A DNA stretch of 64,000 bases from the human T2T-CHM13v2.0 reference genome, Homo sapiens, in the NCBI RefSeq assembly GCF_009914755.1, contig NC_060925.1. One strand, written 5' to 3'. Of the stretch, positions 18,959 to 33,131 are shown one piece after another. Under the pieces are notes generated by a model, which was given only the letters and a program-made list of their open reading frames with translations, did not search any database and was not told the DNA's origin. The translations under genes and the position numbers were made by a program. Position 1 is the stretch's first letter, and every line of letters begins with the position of its first letter.

Positions 18959-18989
18959 AACGTGTTTTATTTTATTTTATGAGTATTTT

Positions 18990-19465
18990 TTTGTTTGATT
19001 TTTAACTTTTATTTTAGGTTTAGGGGTACATGTGAAGGTTTGTTATATAGGTAAACTCCCTGTGTCATGAGGGCTTGTTGTACATATTATTTCGTTACCC
19101 AGGTATTAAACCTAGTACCCAATAGTTGTGTTTTCTGCTCATTACCCTTCTTCCACCCTCCACCCTCAAGTAGACCTCAGTGCCTCAGTGTCTGTTCCCT
19201 TTTTTGTGTTCATGAGTTCTCATCATTTAGCTCCCACTTATAAGTGAAACATGCAGTATTTGGTTTTCTGTTCCTGCGTTAGTTTGCTAAGGATAATGGC
19301 CTTCAGCTCCATCCATGTTCCCACAAAGGACATGATCTTGTGCTTTTTTATGCCTACATAGTATTCCATGGTGTATCTGTGCCACATTTTCTTTATCTAG
19401 TCTGTCATTGATGGGCATTTCAATTGATTCCATGTCTTTGCTATTCTGAATAGCACTTCAGTGAA
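18990..19465 (-). mobile_element. L1PA (older primate) 3' end fragment
   Basis: ttttattttaggtttaggggtacatgtgaaggtttgttatataggtaaact...tttagctcccacttataagtga...ggataatggccttcagctccatccatg. Confidence 0.85.
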
Positions 19466-22329
19466 GGTGGGTATCTTCTTAGCAACCTATGAGCTTTAGA
19501 AACAGCTGTTACTGGAACCATTTAATGGTAGCTATAGGATGACATGATGAGCGTTTCTGGTGACCAAGAGAAAAATGCATAGGAAAAGGGTGTTATAGAG
19601 AAAGAACAGGTAGAAATCAGGAGATCAGATAGGAGGTCATTCAGATATTCATTCATGTGCCAGGCAGTGTTCTGGATACATGTGATTAAAACAAGACAAA
19701 AATTCCTATCCTTGTGAAGCTTACATTCTAGTGAGGAGACAGGCAATAAAGAAGAAACATAATAAACAAATTGTGTAGTTATGTTAGAAGATGATAACTA
19801 CTGTGCAAGAGAAAAAGTCAAGCAAGTTAAGGGGGATGGGGAACGTGGATGGTCTGGGCTGGAGTAGGCCTCATTGAGAGATGACATTTGAGCAGAAACT
19901 TGAAGGTGAGGAAGTGAGCCATGAGGATGAGGTATGGCTGTAAACATTGAGGTGAGACACGATGAAGACTTGGAGGACTGAGAGAATGGAGAAATGAAAT
20001 AGCTCCTTAGAGAAACCTTATCAGGGAGAACAGGCTGGATTTAGCAAGGATTGACCATAGAGGTGAGGGAAAATGGGGATGCCCTGATGATGCCTCTCGC
20101 TATGTTGCCACCCTTATCCTCTCCACTGGCTCGCTCTTTCTGCTTTCAGACAAGCACAAATCTTCCCCTTTAATTGTCTTTGCCACCTTTTCCAAACACC
20201 TTATTTCTCTCTTTTTATAGCCAGATTCCTTTAAAAATGTTGGCTACTCGCAACTCCCATTTCTGGCCTGCCCAATCCTTTGGGAAAAGCATTCCAAGCT
20301 GTCTTCTCCCACAACCACTATTCTCTCAGGACACAAGTAATTTCATACTATCCAAATCCAATGGTCTTGTCTCAGTTCTCATCTTCCCAGACTGTGAATT
20401 TGAGACCATTGATACTCCCTTTCTGTTGACATAAATGACACTGAACTGGTTGCCAGTTCTGTATCTATTTTTAAACTGTTTGTTACCTTCATAGCCCTTA
20501 TCTCAGTTTGTAATCACCTATTTAATTATTTACTTCTTTATTTTTTTATTTGCTAGGCAGTAACTCTGTGCCAGCAGAAGTTACATTTTATTTACCACTG
20601 TATTTCAAGCATTAGTGGCATACAGCAGGAGCTCAGGAATATAGTCTTCAAATGAGTGAAAATGACAACGTTGAACAAGTTTTCTCTATGGCTCTTCTCG
20701 CCTTCTGTGTCCTTGTTTCTTTCCTTTCTGTGTTTCTTCAGTCCTTGTCCTCTCTCCCCTAACAGGGTGCTTTTCCATAAAGCTCAGCCCTTAGTCTTTT
20801 GCTGCTTCTTTAGATTAGCTGGAGAGCTTGTCCATGTCTCCAGCTTAACTGAGGCCTTAATTCAGATACCTCTTGGATATGCATCTCCTATCCTGATCCA
20901 TTTTTGAATCTTAGATTTTTAGAAAGGTTGTTCCAATTTACATTCCTACCATTTTCTTAAATCTTACAAATTTAAGAGGTAAAAATAGCATCTTGTTTTC
21001 ATGTGCTGCATAGAATGAATTGTTTTCCATGCATTTTTTTGGCACTTTTTCTTTTTTTTGTAAACTGTCTGTTCATGTTCTTTGTACATTTACTGCTGAG
21101 ATCTTATAATTTTTCTTATATATTTCTATGAGCTCTGTAAATGTCAGTGTCATAACCCTTTTAAATCCATTTACCTACTTCAGTTTATAAACAGGGAAAC
21201 TGAGACCCAGAGAGATGAAGTGACTTATCCAGGGCCACCTAGTAAGTTAGCACCAGAGATGTAATGAGAACCCAGGTCTCCTGGAGCAGTGTTCCTTCCT
21301 GGTTAGCAGGATGCCATTGTGCCCTGGACCCCAGCCATATGTCCCTTTATTTTATTGGACTGTCTCTATGGGTTCTACCATCTGCTTGAATTTAACTCTT
21401 TTAAATCAGAATTTAGTGCCTTTTCTTGTATACCTCAAATGGGAATTTTCTCTCAGTATTTGCATTTGAGTTAATGTCCCTAGAGTTTTGTTCTTACATA
21501 AACCCATTAAGTGGAAATGTCCAGCAGGAGGTTGGAGATGTGGGATTCAAGCTCAGATGCAAAATTTAGACTGGAAATACTTATTTGGAAGTCATCTGCC
21601 AGGAAGTGTTTGCTTGCAATCACCTTAGTAGATGAATTCTCTAAGTAAAAGGAAAGATGAAGGGGCTGAAGAACTGAACCTGGGAGAAAATCTATGCTGG
21701 GGAAGTGGGAGGAAGAAGAGGAGCCAGATAAAGAGACTAAGGAAGTGTGGTTAGACAGGACGAGAGTCAGGGCGGTACATGGACATGCAGGCCAAAGACT
21801 GTTCTTAGAGGCAGGGGAAATGAGTGTCCTCAAGTGGTCTGGGAAGTTGAGGGCCAACTAGCAAAACGCCTTTGGAGCTGGCAGTGATAAGGCCTCTGTG
21901 AGTGGATACCTTTATTATCAAGGAAACCAAAGAGCATGGGGTATCGAGTAAATAGCTGATCAGGCAGTGGAGTTAGGCCTTGTATTCTTAACCTGGTGAG
22001 CAGGCATGCTCCATTTTTGCAACACTATATATATGAATATTCTGGGAAAAGTTTTGTCAATCATATCTGATTTCAGAGATGCTGTATTTTTGTTTATGAT
22101 TGTTTAACAACAACAACAAAACCCCTCTTCTTACAAAGTACTTTCACATCTATGACCTTGTTTGATCTATATAACAGCTCTGGAAAGTAAGTGTAATTTT
22201 TTTCCATTTTACAAATGGAAAAACTGAGGCTTGGAGAGTTTAAAGTAACTTGCCCCAGGTTAGACAACCAAATAATAAATGACAAAGCTAAAATGTTCTT
22301 ATACCATGTTATGCCATCTCCTGAAACCT

Positions 22330-22731
22330 AAAAATGAATAAAAGGCTAAAATCAAAATGATGATAGGACTGCATTCCTTTCTGGAGGCTCTAGGGGACAA
22401 TCTGTTTCCTAGACTAGTTGCCTTTTCTAGTTTCTAGAGGCCACCTGCATTCCTTGGCTTGTGATCTCCTTCCTCCATCTTCAAAACTTGCAATGGTAGG
22501 TTGAATTCTTCTCACATCTCATCTCTGACCCATCTTTCTGCCTCTTCTTCACTTTTAAGGACTCATGTGACTAGATTGGGCCCACTTGGAAAAGCCAGGC
22601 TAATTTCTCCATCTCAGGGTACTTAACCTTAATCACATCTATAGTCTCTTTTGCCATGTAAGGTAACGTAGTCACAGATTCTGAGGATTAGGGCATAGTC
22701 ATTATTGGGGACCATTGTTGTGTCTACCATA
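22330..22731 (-). mobile_element. MaLR LTR (MLT1C-like)
   Basis: ttcctttctggaggctctagggga...ttaaggactcatgtgactagattgggcccac...gccatgtaaggtaac...ctaccat. Confidence 0.75.
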
Positions 22732-23040
22732 TACCATACTCCTCAAATTATGCTATGTGTTTCAGGCTTCTGTGCTCTTGTTCACTCTACTTCTTGTGTT
22801 ATTCCTGTCTCCTTGAGTTATCGTTATTATTATTATTTTTGTTTTGCAAAAGCCCTTCAAAAAATCTGACAGAAGTGCCAGCGCATCCAGCCCTTGTTGC
22901 CTTTGAACTGGGAGTTTAGTCACCAACTAAATTAGCATTGTCTGAGTGTGATGCTTTTCATTCTCAGGGCTCTGCAAGAAGGCTCCTGAGTGAGGTGATG
23001 CAGGGACTATGGAGAGATGCTCATTACCAGGGGTCTCCAA

Positions 23041-23348
23041 TTTTCTTTCTTTTTTTTTTTTTTTTTGAGACAGTCTCACTCTGTCAGACAGGCTGGAGTC
23101 CGGTGGTGCGATCTTGGCGCACTGAAACCTCCGACTCCTGGGTTCAGGCGATTCTCGTGCCTCAGCCTCCCGATTAGCTGGGATTACAGGCGTGCACCAC
23201 CATGCCCAGCTAATTTTTGTATTTTTAATAGATATGGGGTTTCACCATGTTGACCAGGCTGTTGTCGAACTCCTGGCCTCATGTGATCTCCCCACCTCAG
23301 CCTCCTAATAAGTGCTGGGATTACAGGCGTGAGCCACTGCGCCTGGCT
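23041..23348 (-). mobile_element. AluS
   Basis: Full-length antisense Alu. Confidence 0.9.
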
Positions 23349-23909
23349 GAGTTATTATTAAGACCAGGATAAGCATTGCCTCTTTCATGGTGTTCCCTGA
23401 CCCCTTTACCAGCTGAATTGACTCCTCTGCCCTTTTGGCCCTCCTTGGGGTTCCCCCTTCAATACTATCTTAGGACCCGTATAACACCTTTTTGTGTGCA
23501 TTTGTTTGTTTAGGTGTTGTCCCCTGACTTTCCTAGAGCTCCTTGAATACAGATTAGTCTGGATTTTCCGGGTCTTGTCTTGCTCAACATTCTATCCCAA
23601 TGCCTATGAGTATTTGGTAATGTTTGGTAAATGAGCAAAAGACTGCTTCCTGCAGGGAATTTGTCTTAACAGTGTGCTGGGATGCAGAAATCCCCTAACC
23701 TTAAACCCAGGGAACTTGACCTGGGTCATAAGACCAGCCAGTGGCACTGCTTACTTTAAAACATAAACTTCATGGAGCAAATAATGACTTTTTGCAGATC
23801 ATTAACTTCCTTGATGTAGCTACTGGCCAACTTATGACCTTGGGGAAAGGTCATGGAGCCTCATCTTTTTCATCTGAATCAGGAGGATGTAGGACTATCT
23901 GATCACCAG

Positions 23910-24135
23910 AGGGAATAGTAGAGGGTTAAAGCGTGGGCTCTGGAGCCAGACTGCTTATATATGAAACCTGGTCTGGCTTCTTGTTGTTTTTCGCAAGTTA
24001 CCTCGCCTCTCAGTACCTCAGGTATCTTTACCTGTAAAATGGGGAACTATAGCACCTACTTCATAGGGTTGTTCTGAGGATTAAATGAATTAATATATGT
24101 AAAGTGGTTAACACAATAGCTGTTATTATGATTAT
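23910..24135 (+). mobile_element. MIR
   Basis: gggctctggagccagactgc...ctgtaaaatgggg...cctacttcatagggttgttctgaggattaaatga. Confidence 0.8.
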
Positions 24136-24142
24136 TTTATAA

Positions 24143-24449
<307 letters not shown>

Positions 24450-25329
24450 GTCATTATTAATGTTATCATGAAATTCCCTTTGTGATCTGAAATTTATGAC
24501 TCTGCTCTGTTTTTGTCTAGTAGAGGGTTTCCCAGACTCCTTCTCTTTCTTGCCCCAGACTGAATTGCCTTTTTGCTGTTAGTCCTCTTTGGAAATTCTT
24601 CCCTCTTGCTGACAAGTCGCATCCCCCACTGGGCTCCTTTACAGCCCTACCTACGCTTCCTGGGCTGGTTTGGCTGGTGTTGACAGAACACTCCTGACCA
24701 GTCTGGGCATGGCTCTTGTGGGAGTATCTGAGGGATGTACTGCCCCCTGCAGGCCAAAAGCAGTGACTCCACTGTCCGGACCTGAGAGTTGAAGCTTTCT
24801 GTCCTTCGGCCACCTCTCAGGGCCTGTGCTCTTCTGATTTTGGAATACCAAGAATGTGAATAACAGTATCTCAATAGAGCCTTATTGAAGACTTCCTGTG
24901 TGCCAGTCCCTAATAACAGAGAAGTATAATGTATTAGGGGTTAAGTGTGCAGGTTCTGGAGGTGGAGTCAGGCTGCTTGTGTTCTAATCCTAGCTTCCAC
25001 ACTTATTAGCTGTGAGACCTTGGGCAAGGTGCCTTACTGAGTTTAGGTTTCTCATTTGTAAAAAGAGATATAATAATGGTATTTAAGTCATTGTTATAAA
25101 AATTAAATGAGATAATTCATACAAAGCCTGGAGTGATAAGCAGGAAAAATTCTCAGCAGTGGATAAGAATTAGAAACTTTTCATTTTCTCAGCACCTTTG
25201 GATTCATTTCTTTACAGTATAGTTTCATTATTTTGTTTGCAGTTGTGTGATTTTCCTAATCACCTCTATCCATATTCAAATGTCAGTACAAAACCAATTT
25301 GAAAGTCAAATGTAAATGTTTTTTATTTA

Positions 25330-26500
25330 ACTGATTCAATTCAGCAAACATTTATGGATTGTCTCTTCTGTGCTAGGCACTATGCTGGGGGGCTGGGAAT
25401 AGAACTTGGAGTAAGGTACAGGTTCTGCCCTCAACCCGTTTACAGTTTTGAGGATAAGATGGACATTTAAATATTCTAGGCAGAGGGAATGGTATGAGCT
25501 AAGGCACAGAAGTAGGAGCAGGCCAGCCAGCATGACCCCAAACAGGGACATGCAAGCTGCTCTCTATGGCTAGAAGTTAGTGTACAGAGGCAAAAGAGTG
25601 GGAGGGGTGAAAGTGAGGGGAGGGAGGAAGGAGGGCGACATGGTGACAGGTGAGGCCAAAGAGATTCTAGGTCATCCAGAGTTTTAATGCTATGTTAGAA
25701 GTTAATTTGAGGGCCATGGAGAACCATCGGAGGATTTTTATTAAGCGTATGGTATGATCAAATTGTGTTTGAAAAAGGTCATTTTGCCTTCAGTAGAGAG
25801 GATGAATTGGAGAGGGCAGGACTGGAGACAGAGATTGGTTAGTGAAGTAATACAGTAGACCTGTGGAGAAGTGATGAGAACCTGAATCAGGGTAGTAAGA
25901 GTGGAGAACAGGCGAGGAGGAAGAGTAAAAGATAGAGGGAGAATTAAGGAAGTAGATCTATATGACTTGGAATGGCTGAGTGAACATAAGGTTGAAAGAG
26001 ACAGTGGATCCTAAAATGGTGGGTGGGTGGTGGTGCCATTCTGTGACCAAAAATGTTGAGTTAGAGGTGTTTGCAGAATAAGCAGGTGGAGATGTCCAGT
26101 AGGGGACTGGATATTTGGTCTCGTGCTCAGTGAGAACCTTTGGCTAGGGACACGTAGTTGGGAGTCATCTGCCTGCAGGTAGCTGGACCACAGGAGTGGG
26201 CAAGATTACTCAGGGAAGGCAAGTGGAGAAAGAAAAGAGGCCAAGGACCATGCCCTAGCTGGGGTTCACAGATAATTAAAGATTGGGCAAAGGATTAGCA
26301 GCCAGCAGAGGAGATAGAGAGGAGAAGAGACTCAGTAACAGGTGCTGTCTCCAAAAGCAATGCAAGAGAATATTTCAGTAAGAAAGCCAGTGTCAGATGC
26401 CACAGAGAGGCCAAGTAATGTCAGGATGGAGAAGGACTGCTGGATTCGACCAAGTCAAAGGACTCTCTGTTTGAGGGACTTCTGTATTATTTCTCATACA
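25330..26500 (-). mobile_element. L2 fragment
   Basis: attcaattcagcaaacatttat...tgtgctaggcactatgctggg (L2 3' end, antisense), followed by purine-rich body. Confidence 0.7.
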
Positions 26501-26923
26501 TAAAGCTGGGTCAGCAGTGCGTTTCTTGGAGAGAGAAAAGGTTAAGGTGAGACTCTTATGAAGGGAAGGATCTCTTTTCTGAAAGAAACCTGAATATTGC
26601 CCTACTATAACACAGCCCAGGCTGTTAGGTTTGTTGACATGTTGAGCCAGCCCACTAGATTGTGAGCTGAACTGCATGGATACACACAGTCCCACTACTC
26701 AGAAGAGACCACCATTAATAATTTTATTGTAAATTCTTTAAGGCTTTTTTCTTTGCATATAAACAAAAATGTTGTTTATATGTATACACATATGTAGTTT
26801 TAAAAATAAACATTGACTCACACTATGTGTGCTCTGAGACCTGCTTTTTTCACTAAACTAAAAAAAGTGATCATTTTTCCGGTTACTACATGTAGAGCTA
26901 TTTTAGTTTAGTGTTTTGTCGGG

Positions 26924-27215
<292 letters not shown>

Positions 27216-27478
27216 TATTTTATTTTTTAATGGCTGCAAAGTAGTTATTGTTTAAATGGACTATAATTTATTTAAAAAACAGGACCCTTAATGATGAGCT
27301 TGTAGGTTGTTCCTAGCTTTTCACTATCACAAACAATACTGGAATGAATATTTCTGTACATGTGTCTTCTTTGTACACTTTGGCAGGTAAAATGTAGGCT
27401 AAATTCCCAGGGCTGTGTTCTCCTCATCTCTGTATCCTCAGCACCAGGCATAAGGTAAATGCCCGGTAAAAGTGTTTA

Positions 27479-27802
<324 letters not shown>

Positions 27803-28633
27803 TCAGGGATAAGGAGAACTCCACCTAGAAAAGGAAAGTATCCAGGGGTGCTTTGTGCTTTGTGCATTGGAATGCACTTTCCTAAGCATCGCTAGCTAGG
27901 AAGCACCTTTAGACATTTCTAATGAGTGCTCTGCATTCCTCCTCCTCTTCCTCCTTGTGATGAGTGTTGATGTACTCCTTTCCCAGGTCCATAGAAAGGC
28001 TAGGTACAAATTCTTGATAAATAATTGGTTAGAGGGAGAAGTTAAAGACTCAATATTATTTTACCCTGTCTTCCCTTCAAAGTTTTATTTTTCAACTCCA
28101 GGATTCTCTTCATAGAACCTGTAAAGCAGGGACAATTGCTTGTTTAAGCCCTACATGACTAGTGCCCAGCATAGTATCTAGAGCAAACAGGCCTTCAATA
28201 AATGTGTGGAGAATAAAGGAATCAAACAATATTGGGCCATGCAGTTGGCATAATTGGAGAAATTTTCTAAATGTTTTGACCATTTTCTCAAATAAAAATT
28301 TTTTTTCTGTTTCCCTTTGTTCAATGATGCCTCTTTCATTATGTATTAAATTCTTATGTACTATGGTCTGTTTGCGACCTTCATTTTTTAAAATTCCCTA
28401 TCCATTTTCTTTTTTGGTGTTGGTCCATATCATTTTCAATGTTGTTACTTTATAATATGTTCTAATATCTTAGATCTTAGATATGAGGCTAGTTGTGCCT
28501 CATAACTCCTCTTTTTCAAAATAGCATTTTATACTCTTGCTCAGTTATATTTGTGTAGAAGTATTTGGTTGTAATCTAATAAAAATAGCCTACTGAGATT
28601 TTTGGTTGAGATTACATAAAATCTATAAACTAA

Positions 28634-29027
<394 letters not shown>

Positions 29028-30189
29028 TAGTAGGAATGTATGTTATTCTTTATATGAGTCTCTCATTCAACCAACCTGCTCTCCTGATTCCCATCTCCTG
29101 CCACGATGCTCACTGCTGGAGATACAAAGATGAGCATCCCCTAAGGTTAGGGGATTTCTTGCATAGCTCTTTCTGCAAGAAGCTCAAGTTGGTGAACAAA
29201 AGAGATAACTGATCAAATAATTACAACTAACTCTAGTAATTACCATGATAAACAGAAGCGCAAGGTGCTAAGGAAGCAGAGAGCAGGGGTACTGACCAAG
29301 ACTAGAGATATTAAGGAAGAATTCCTGGAGGAAGGGACCCTTAAATGAGTCTTAAAGGCCGAATGGAAGTTGGCCAGATAACAAGAGAAGTAAGAGTATT
29401 TCAGGCAGACAGAATGTTCATTGGGGTGTATGCTCAAAAGTAAAGAGATAAAAAATAAAATGTTTTAAGAGCTGCAAGTAGCTGGAGTATTGGATGACAG
29501 TGGATAGTAGCTGGAAATGAAGATAGAAAGTAGGTAGGAGGGTGGCAGATTGTGAAGGGACTTTTATGAAAAGGTAAGAGTGGATATAGCACCAAAGGAT
29601 TTAAGTGGAGGAGTGAAATGGTCAAATTTATGCTTTAGGAAAAAAGTCCCTAAAAAACAAAACACTAAAAATAAATAAAGGCTATCCTAGCTGCAGTGTG
29701 GAAGATGGCATTAAGGGGTACCAAACTTAGCTGGAGAGGTCAATCAGGGTGCCTCCATAGTCAACTGGAGGCAACATGCCCTAAGGCAGGGCAGCGGGGC
29801 TAGGGATGGAGGAAAAGGAGGAATCCTGGAGCATTAAGGAAGTGGGCACAAACAGACAGCACAAGTGCTCACACACCCATTCTTGTCCATGCTTTCCAAA
29901 GTGCTTTATAGTTTTTACTAGTTTAAACAGGATTTGTTCCCCTGTGGTGTTCTGACTGGCTATTGCTGACTTAAGAAAGCTATTGGTTTTTAAAAATATA
30001 TCTGTCTTATATTCAACCCATGGAGCAGGATTAAAAAGTTCATTAAAATAAAAAATTAAAAAATATATATGTATCTTATATTCTTCCATTTTTTAAACTT
30101 TTAGTTTTAAGTGTTCAGTTGACTTCTTTAGCCTTTCTAGGTATTTATTTTTATCTAAGTACTTTGCATATTGATATTTTTGACCCTTC

Positions 30190-31270
30190 ACCTTTTTTCC
30201 ATTTTTATTATGAAATTCTCAAACATACACAAAAATAAAGAGAATATTATAACTAACTCTCATATGCCCTTCATCTAGATTCAATAACTATTAAGATTTT
30301 GTCCCACTTCATCTTTCCCTTTTTGCTTTTGTGTTGTTGCTGAGGTATTTTAAAGTAGAATCTCAGACCTTTTGTCATTTCAACTCTACATACTTCAGTA
30401 TGCATCTCTAAAAAATGTGGATATTTTCTCTTGTAATCACAGTGCCATTCTTATTGTGCTTAACAAAGTTTACAATTATTCCATGGTATAATTTAGTATC
30501 TAGTGCATATTCATATTCCTTGTTTATCTCAAAATATCTTTTAACAGTTGGTTTGTTCCAACTGGGATTTGAATCACACGTCGCATTTGGTAGTTTGTAC
30601 TCAAGAGATTCTTTTAATCTACAGCAGTCCCTAACCCTAGCCCCTTTTCAAAAATAAAAACAAACAAAAAACAACAACAAAGAGAAAAATCACTGACTGT
30701 GGAAGAAACCATATCTGTTGTCCTGTAGAATGTCCCACATTCAGAATTTGTCTTGTTTCTTCATACTACAATTTAATTTATTCCTCTGTCTCTCCTATTT
30801 CCTATGAATTGGAAGTTAGCTTTGAATGACTAACTGGGTTATTGTTCTTTTTCTTTTGGGGAAGAGGATAAGACTACTTCATAGGTTAAGGGTGCGAAGT
30901 ACTTCTTCTGTTTCTTCTGTCTGACAGTCCCACTCTTAGGGATGCTAACATTGAACAGTGGGTTTAGATGATGACAGCTCATCCCTCCATTATAAATTTC
31001 CCCATCAGACTCATTGAATGAGTTCATCCACTGATGATTGTCTCTGAATGAATTATTTCATCAGGGCTACAAAAAAATGTTCTCATTCTGTCAGTCTTTT
31101 CACATTTATTAGCTAAATAATATTCCCATAATAACTAGGGCTATTTTGTTGTCTTGAAATACAGTATGTACCCCCTTCCCCCAAAAAACTAGATAAATGC
31201 TTAATTCATTTTTTTTAAAGTAATTTTTGGTTAAAGAAGTTACCTTTGTTGTTCTTTTTAAGAATCTATT
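30190..31270 (-). mobile_element. Old L1 (L1MC/ME) 3' region
   Basis: ttttattatgaaattctcaaacatacacaaaaataaagagaatattataac...gtcctgtagaatgtcccacattc. Confidence 0.65.
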
Positions 31271-31499
31271 GATTTTGCTTCTAGTTTATGACTTAATTCA
31301 TTGGCTAGGCTGCTGGTTCTCCCCCAGTGATTATCTTATTATCTTAGTCCTTGTGAAATGGGTTTCTTTTGCACAAGAGTCTTTACATCCTTGGGTGTGT
31401 GAATGACTTTCTCAGTGCCACACGTCAGTCCATCTAGTCCTGCGCTTCTCAGAAGAAGATGTAACAACCTTTCCTTTGGTTTTTCTCTTCCTGTTCCAG

Positions 31500-31693
31500 G
31501 TCACACTGTGAACAAGATGCGTAAACACTCAGATTCAGAAGTGGCTTCTCTTGCCAGAGAAGTTTACACTGAGTGGAAAACTTTCACTGAAAAACATTCA
31601 AATAGACCTTCTATTGAAGTTAGAAGTGATCCCAAAACCGAGTCGTTGAGGAAAAATGCTCAGAAATTACTCTCAGAAGCCTTGGAATTAAAG
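31500..31693 (+). CDS. TCEANC2: TCEANC2 internal coding exon (end of TFIIS N-terminal domain and linker), 194 nt, phase 1 to phase 0
   Basis: Acceptor ttttctcttcctgttccAG ends at 31499. G|GT completes Gly, then [28 protein letters not shown]...SEALELK. Donor AAG|GTAATG at 31694. Phase fits both neighbouring exons. Confidence 0.96.
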
Positions 31694-31703
31694 GTAATGC
31701 CCT

Positions 31704-31757
31704 AAATATATACAACTGTTATGTACCCATAATAATTAATTTTTAAAAGAAGAAAAA
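31704..31757 (+). mobile_element. Severely 5'-truncated L1 3' end (L1MA-type) at the exon/intron boundary
   Basis: aaatatatacaactgttatgtacccataataattaa plus A-rich tail matches the recalled L1MA 3' terminus. Flanked by TSD TAAAGGTAATG(C/T)CCT at 31689-31703 and 31758-31772. Confidence 0.8.
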
Positions 31758-32695
31758 TAAAGGTAATGTCCTGGTCGGATGTGATTAGTAGGTGCTCTTG
31801 GTTAAACGCCTCATAATTTCATAATTAAGATTTCATAATCTTAATGCTGTGGCTTTATTTTAACCAGTTATTCTTTAAGGATTCTGGATTTATAAGCATT
31901 CCGGGAGACAGTGTTGTAGGAGGCAGGCTTTTGAACTAGCAAGATCTGGGTTGAAACCCTGACATTCTAGTTGTGACACCTTAGGCAGATAGCTTAACGT
32001 TTTCTGAGACTTGATTTCTTAATCTGTAAAATGTGGATTGTAAGTCCTACCACTTAAGGTATTAAAAAGGTTAAATGAATCATATATGCAAAAGAATAGT
32101 AGTGCCTGCTGATTAGAAGTTATTTAATGGATGTTGGTTACTTCCCATTTAAAATTCCTTCCCTTCTTGCTGAAGTAAAAATTCTGTGATGGACTGTGTT
32201 ATGGAATATCAATGGTAAAATAAATAGCTGTCTATTGAAAAGACTCAGATCCCCCATTTTTTGTCAACAGCCATATCTTTAGCTTTAAGGCATAAAATCA
32301 ATTGGATAGACTTGTTCCCTAACACCTTCATGGCTTACAATTCAGATGATGTTAGTGGTTTGAAGTATACATGCTGGAAGAAGGATTTTTGCTCATTAAT
32401 AATAATATTCATTGTCATCAAACAACAAATCTTATAAGCCGATTAATACTCTGGAAAATAGGACATATAATATTCATGTTTCTTCCTTATCCCAGGATAT
32501 CCCAGAGCAACTCTGCTAAAGTATCCTTAAAGAACAATTTAATATTAATAAAATAAGCAATTCAGAAGTCTGATTTAAATGCTAGCTCTGTTACTACAGT
32601 CTCTAAAAAAAATTTTAGCCTTTCTATCTCAATTTTTTATCTACAAAAGAAGGACTTGTGATATAGTACTTACTTTTTTTAAAATAAAGTTTTGG

Positions 32696-33131
32696 ACCTG
32701 AAGTGAATTTGCACCAAAGCAGCAGCTGCATTGCCACAGTTCTGTCTTCACCTTCACCATGTTCCTCTTGGTCAAAAACGCACCAAGTCGTCTCCAAGTT
32801 TGAAGCATTCAGCAAACAATGGCAAGGCAGAGCCACCGGAAACGTACACCTGATTTTCATGATAAATATGGTAGTGCTGTATTAGCTAGTGGAACCACTT
32901 TCTGTATTGCTATATGGACATAGGTAGCAACACAAATCAGAATAGAATGGAACCTGTCCCCTGTTGGCAGGGTCACCCCAAAGGAATGGAGAGATCAGTA
33001 ATCATTCCAGCTGGTGTAATAATGAATTGTTTAAAAAACAGCTCGTAGTTGATGCCAAGTTAAAGCACTGTGTACCCATTAAGATATGGCATTATTGAAG
33101 AAATAAAGTACATTTGAAACCTTAAAAAACT
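32696..33131 (+). pseudogene. Processed pseudogene of COX7B (cytochrome c oxidase subunit 7B)
   Basis: 32759-33001 reads MFLLVKNAPSRLQV*SIQQTMARQSHRKRTPDFHDKYGSAVLASGTTFCIAIWT*VATQIRIEWNLSPVGRVTPKEWRDQ*, colinear with 80-aa COX7B. Stops at 32801 (TGA) and 32921 (TAG). Intronless, UTR remnants, AATAAA 33102-33107, short A tail, 14-bp TSD AAATAAAGTTTTGG at 32682-32695 and 33132-33145. Confidence 0.95.

Noticed and set aside
32703-32885. 60-aa ORF overlapping the COX7B retrocopy
   Set aside because: Out of frame with COX7B and begins at GTG; chance ORF.
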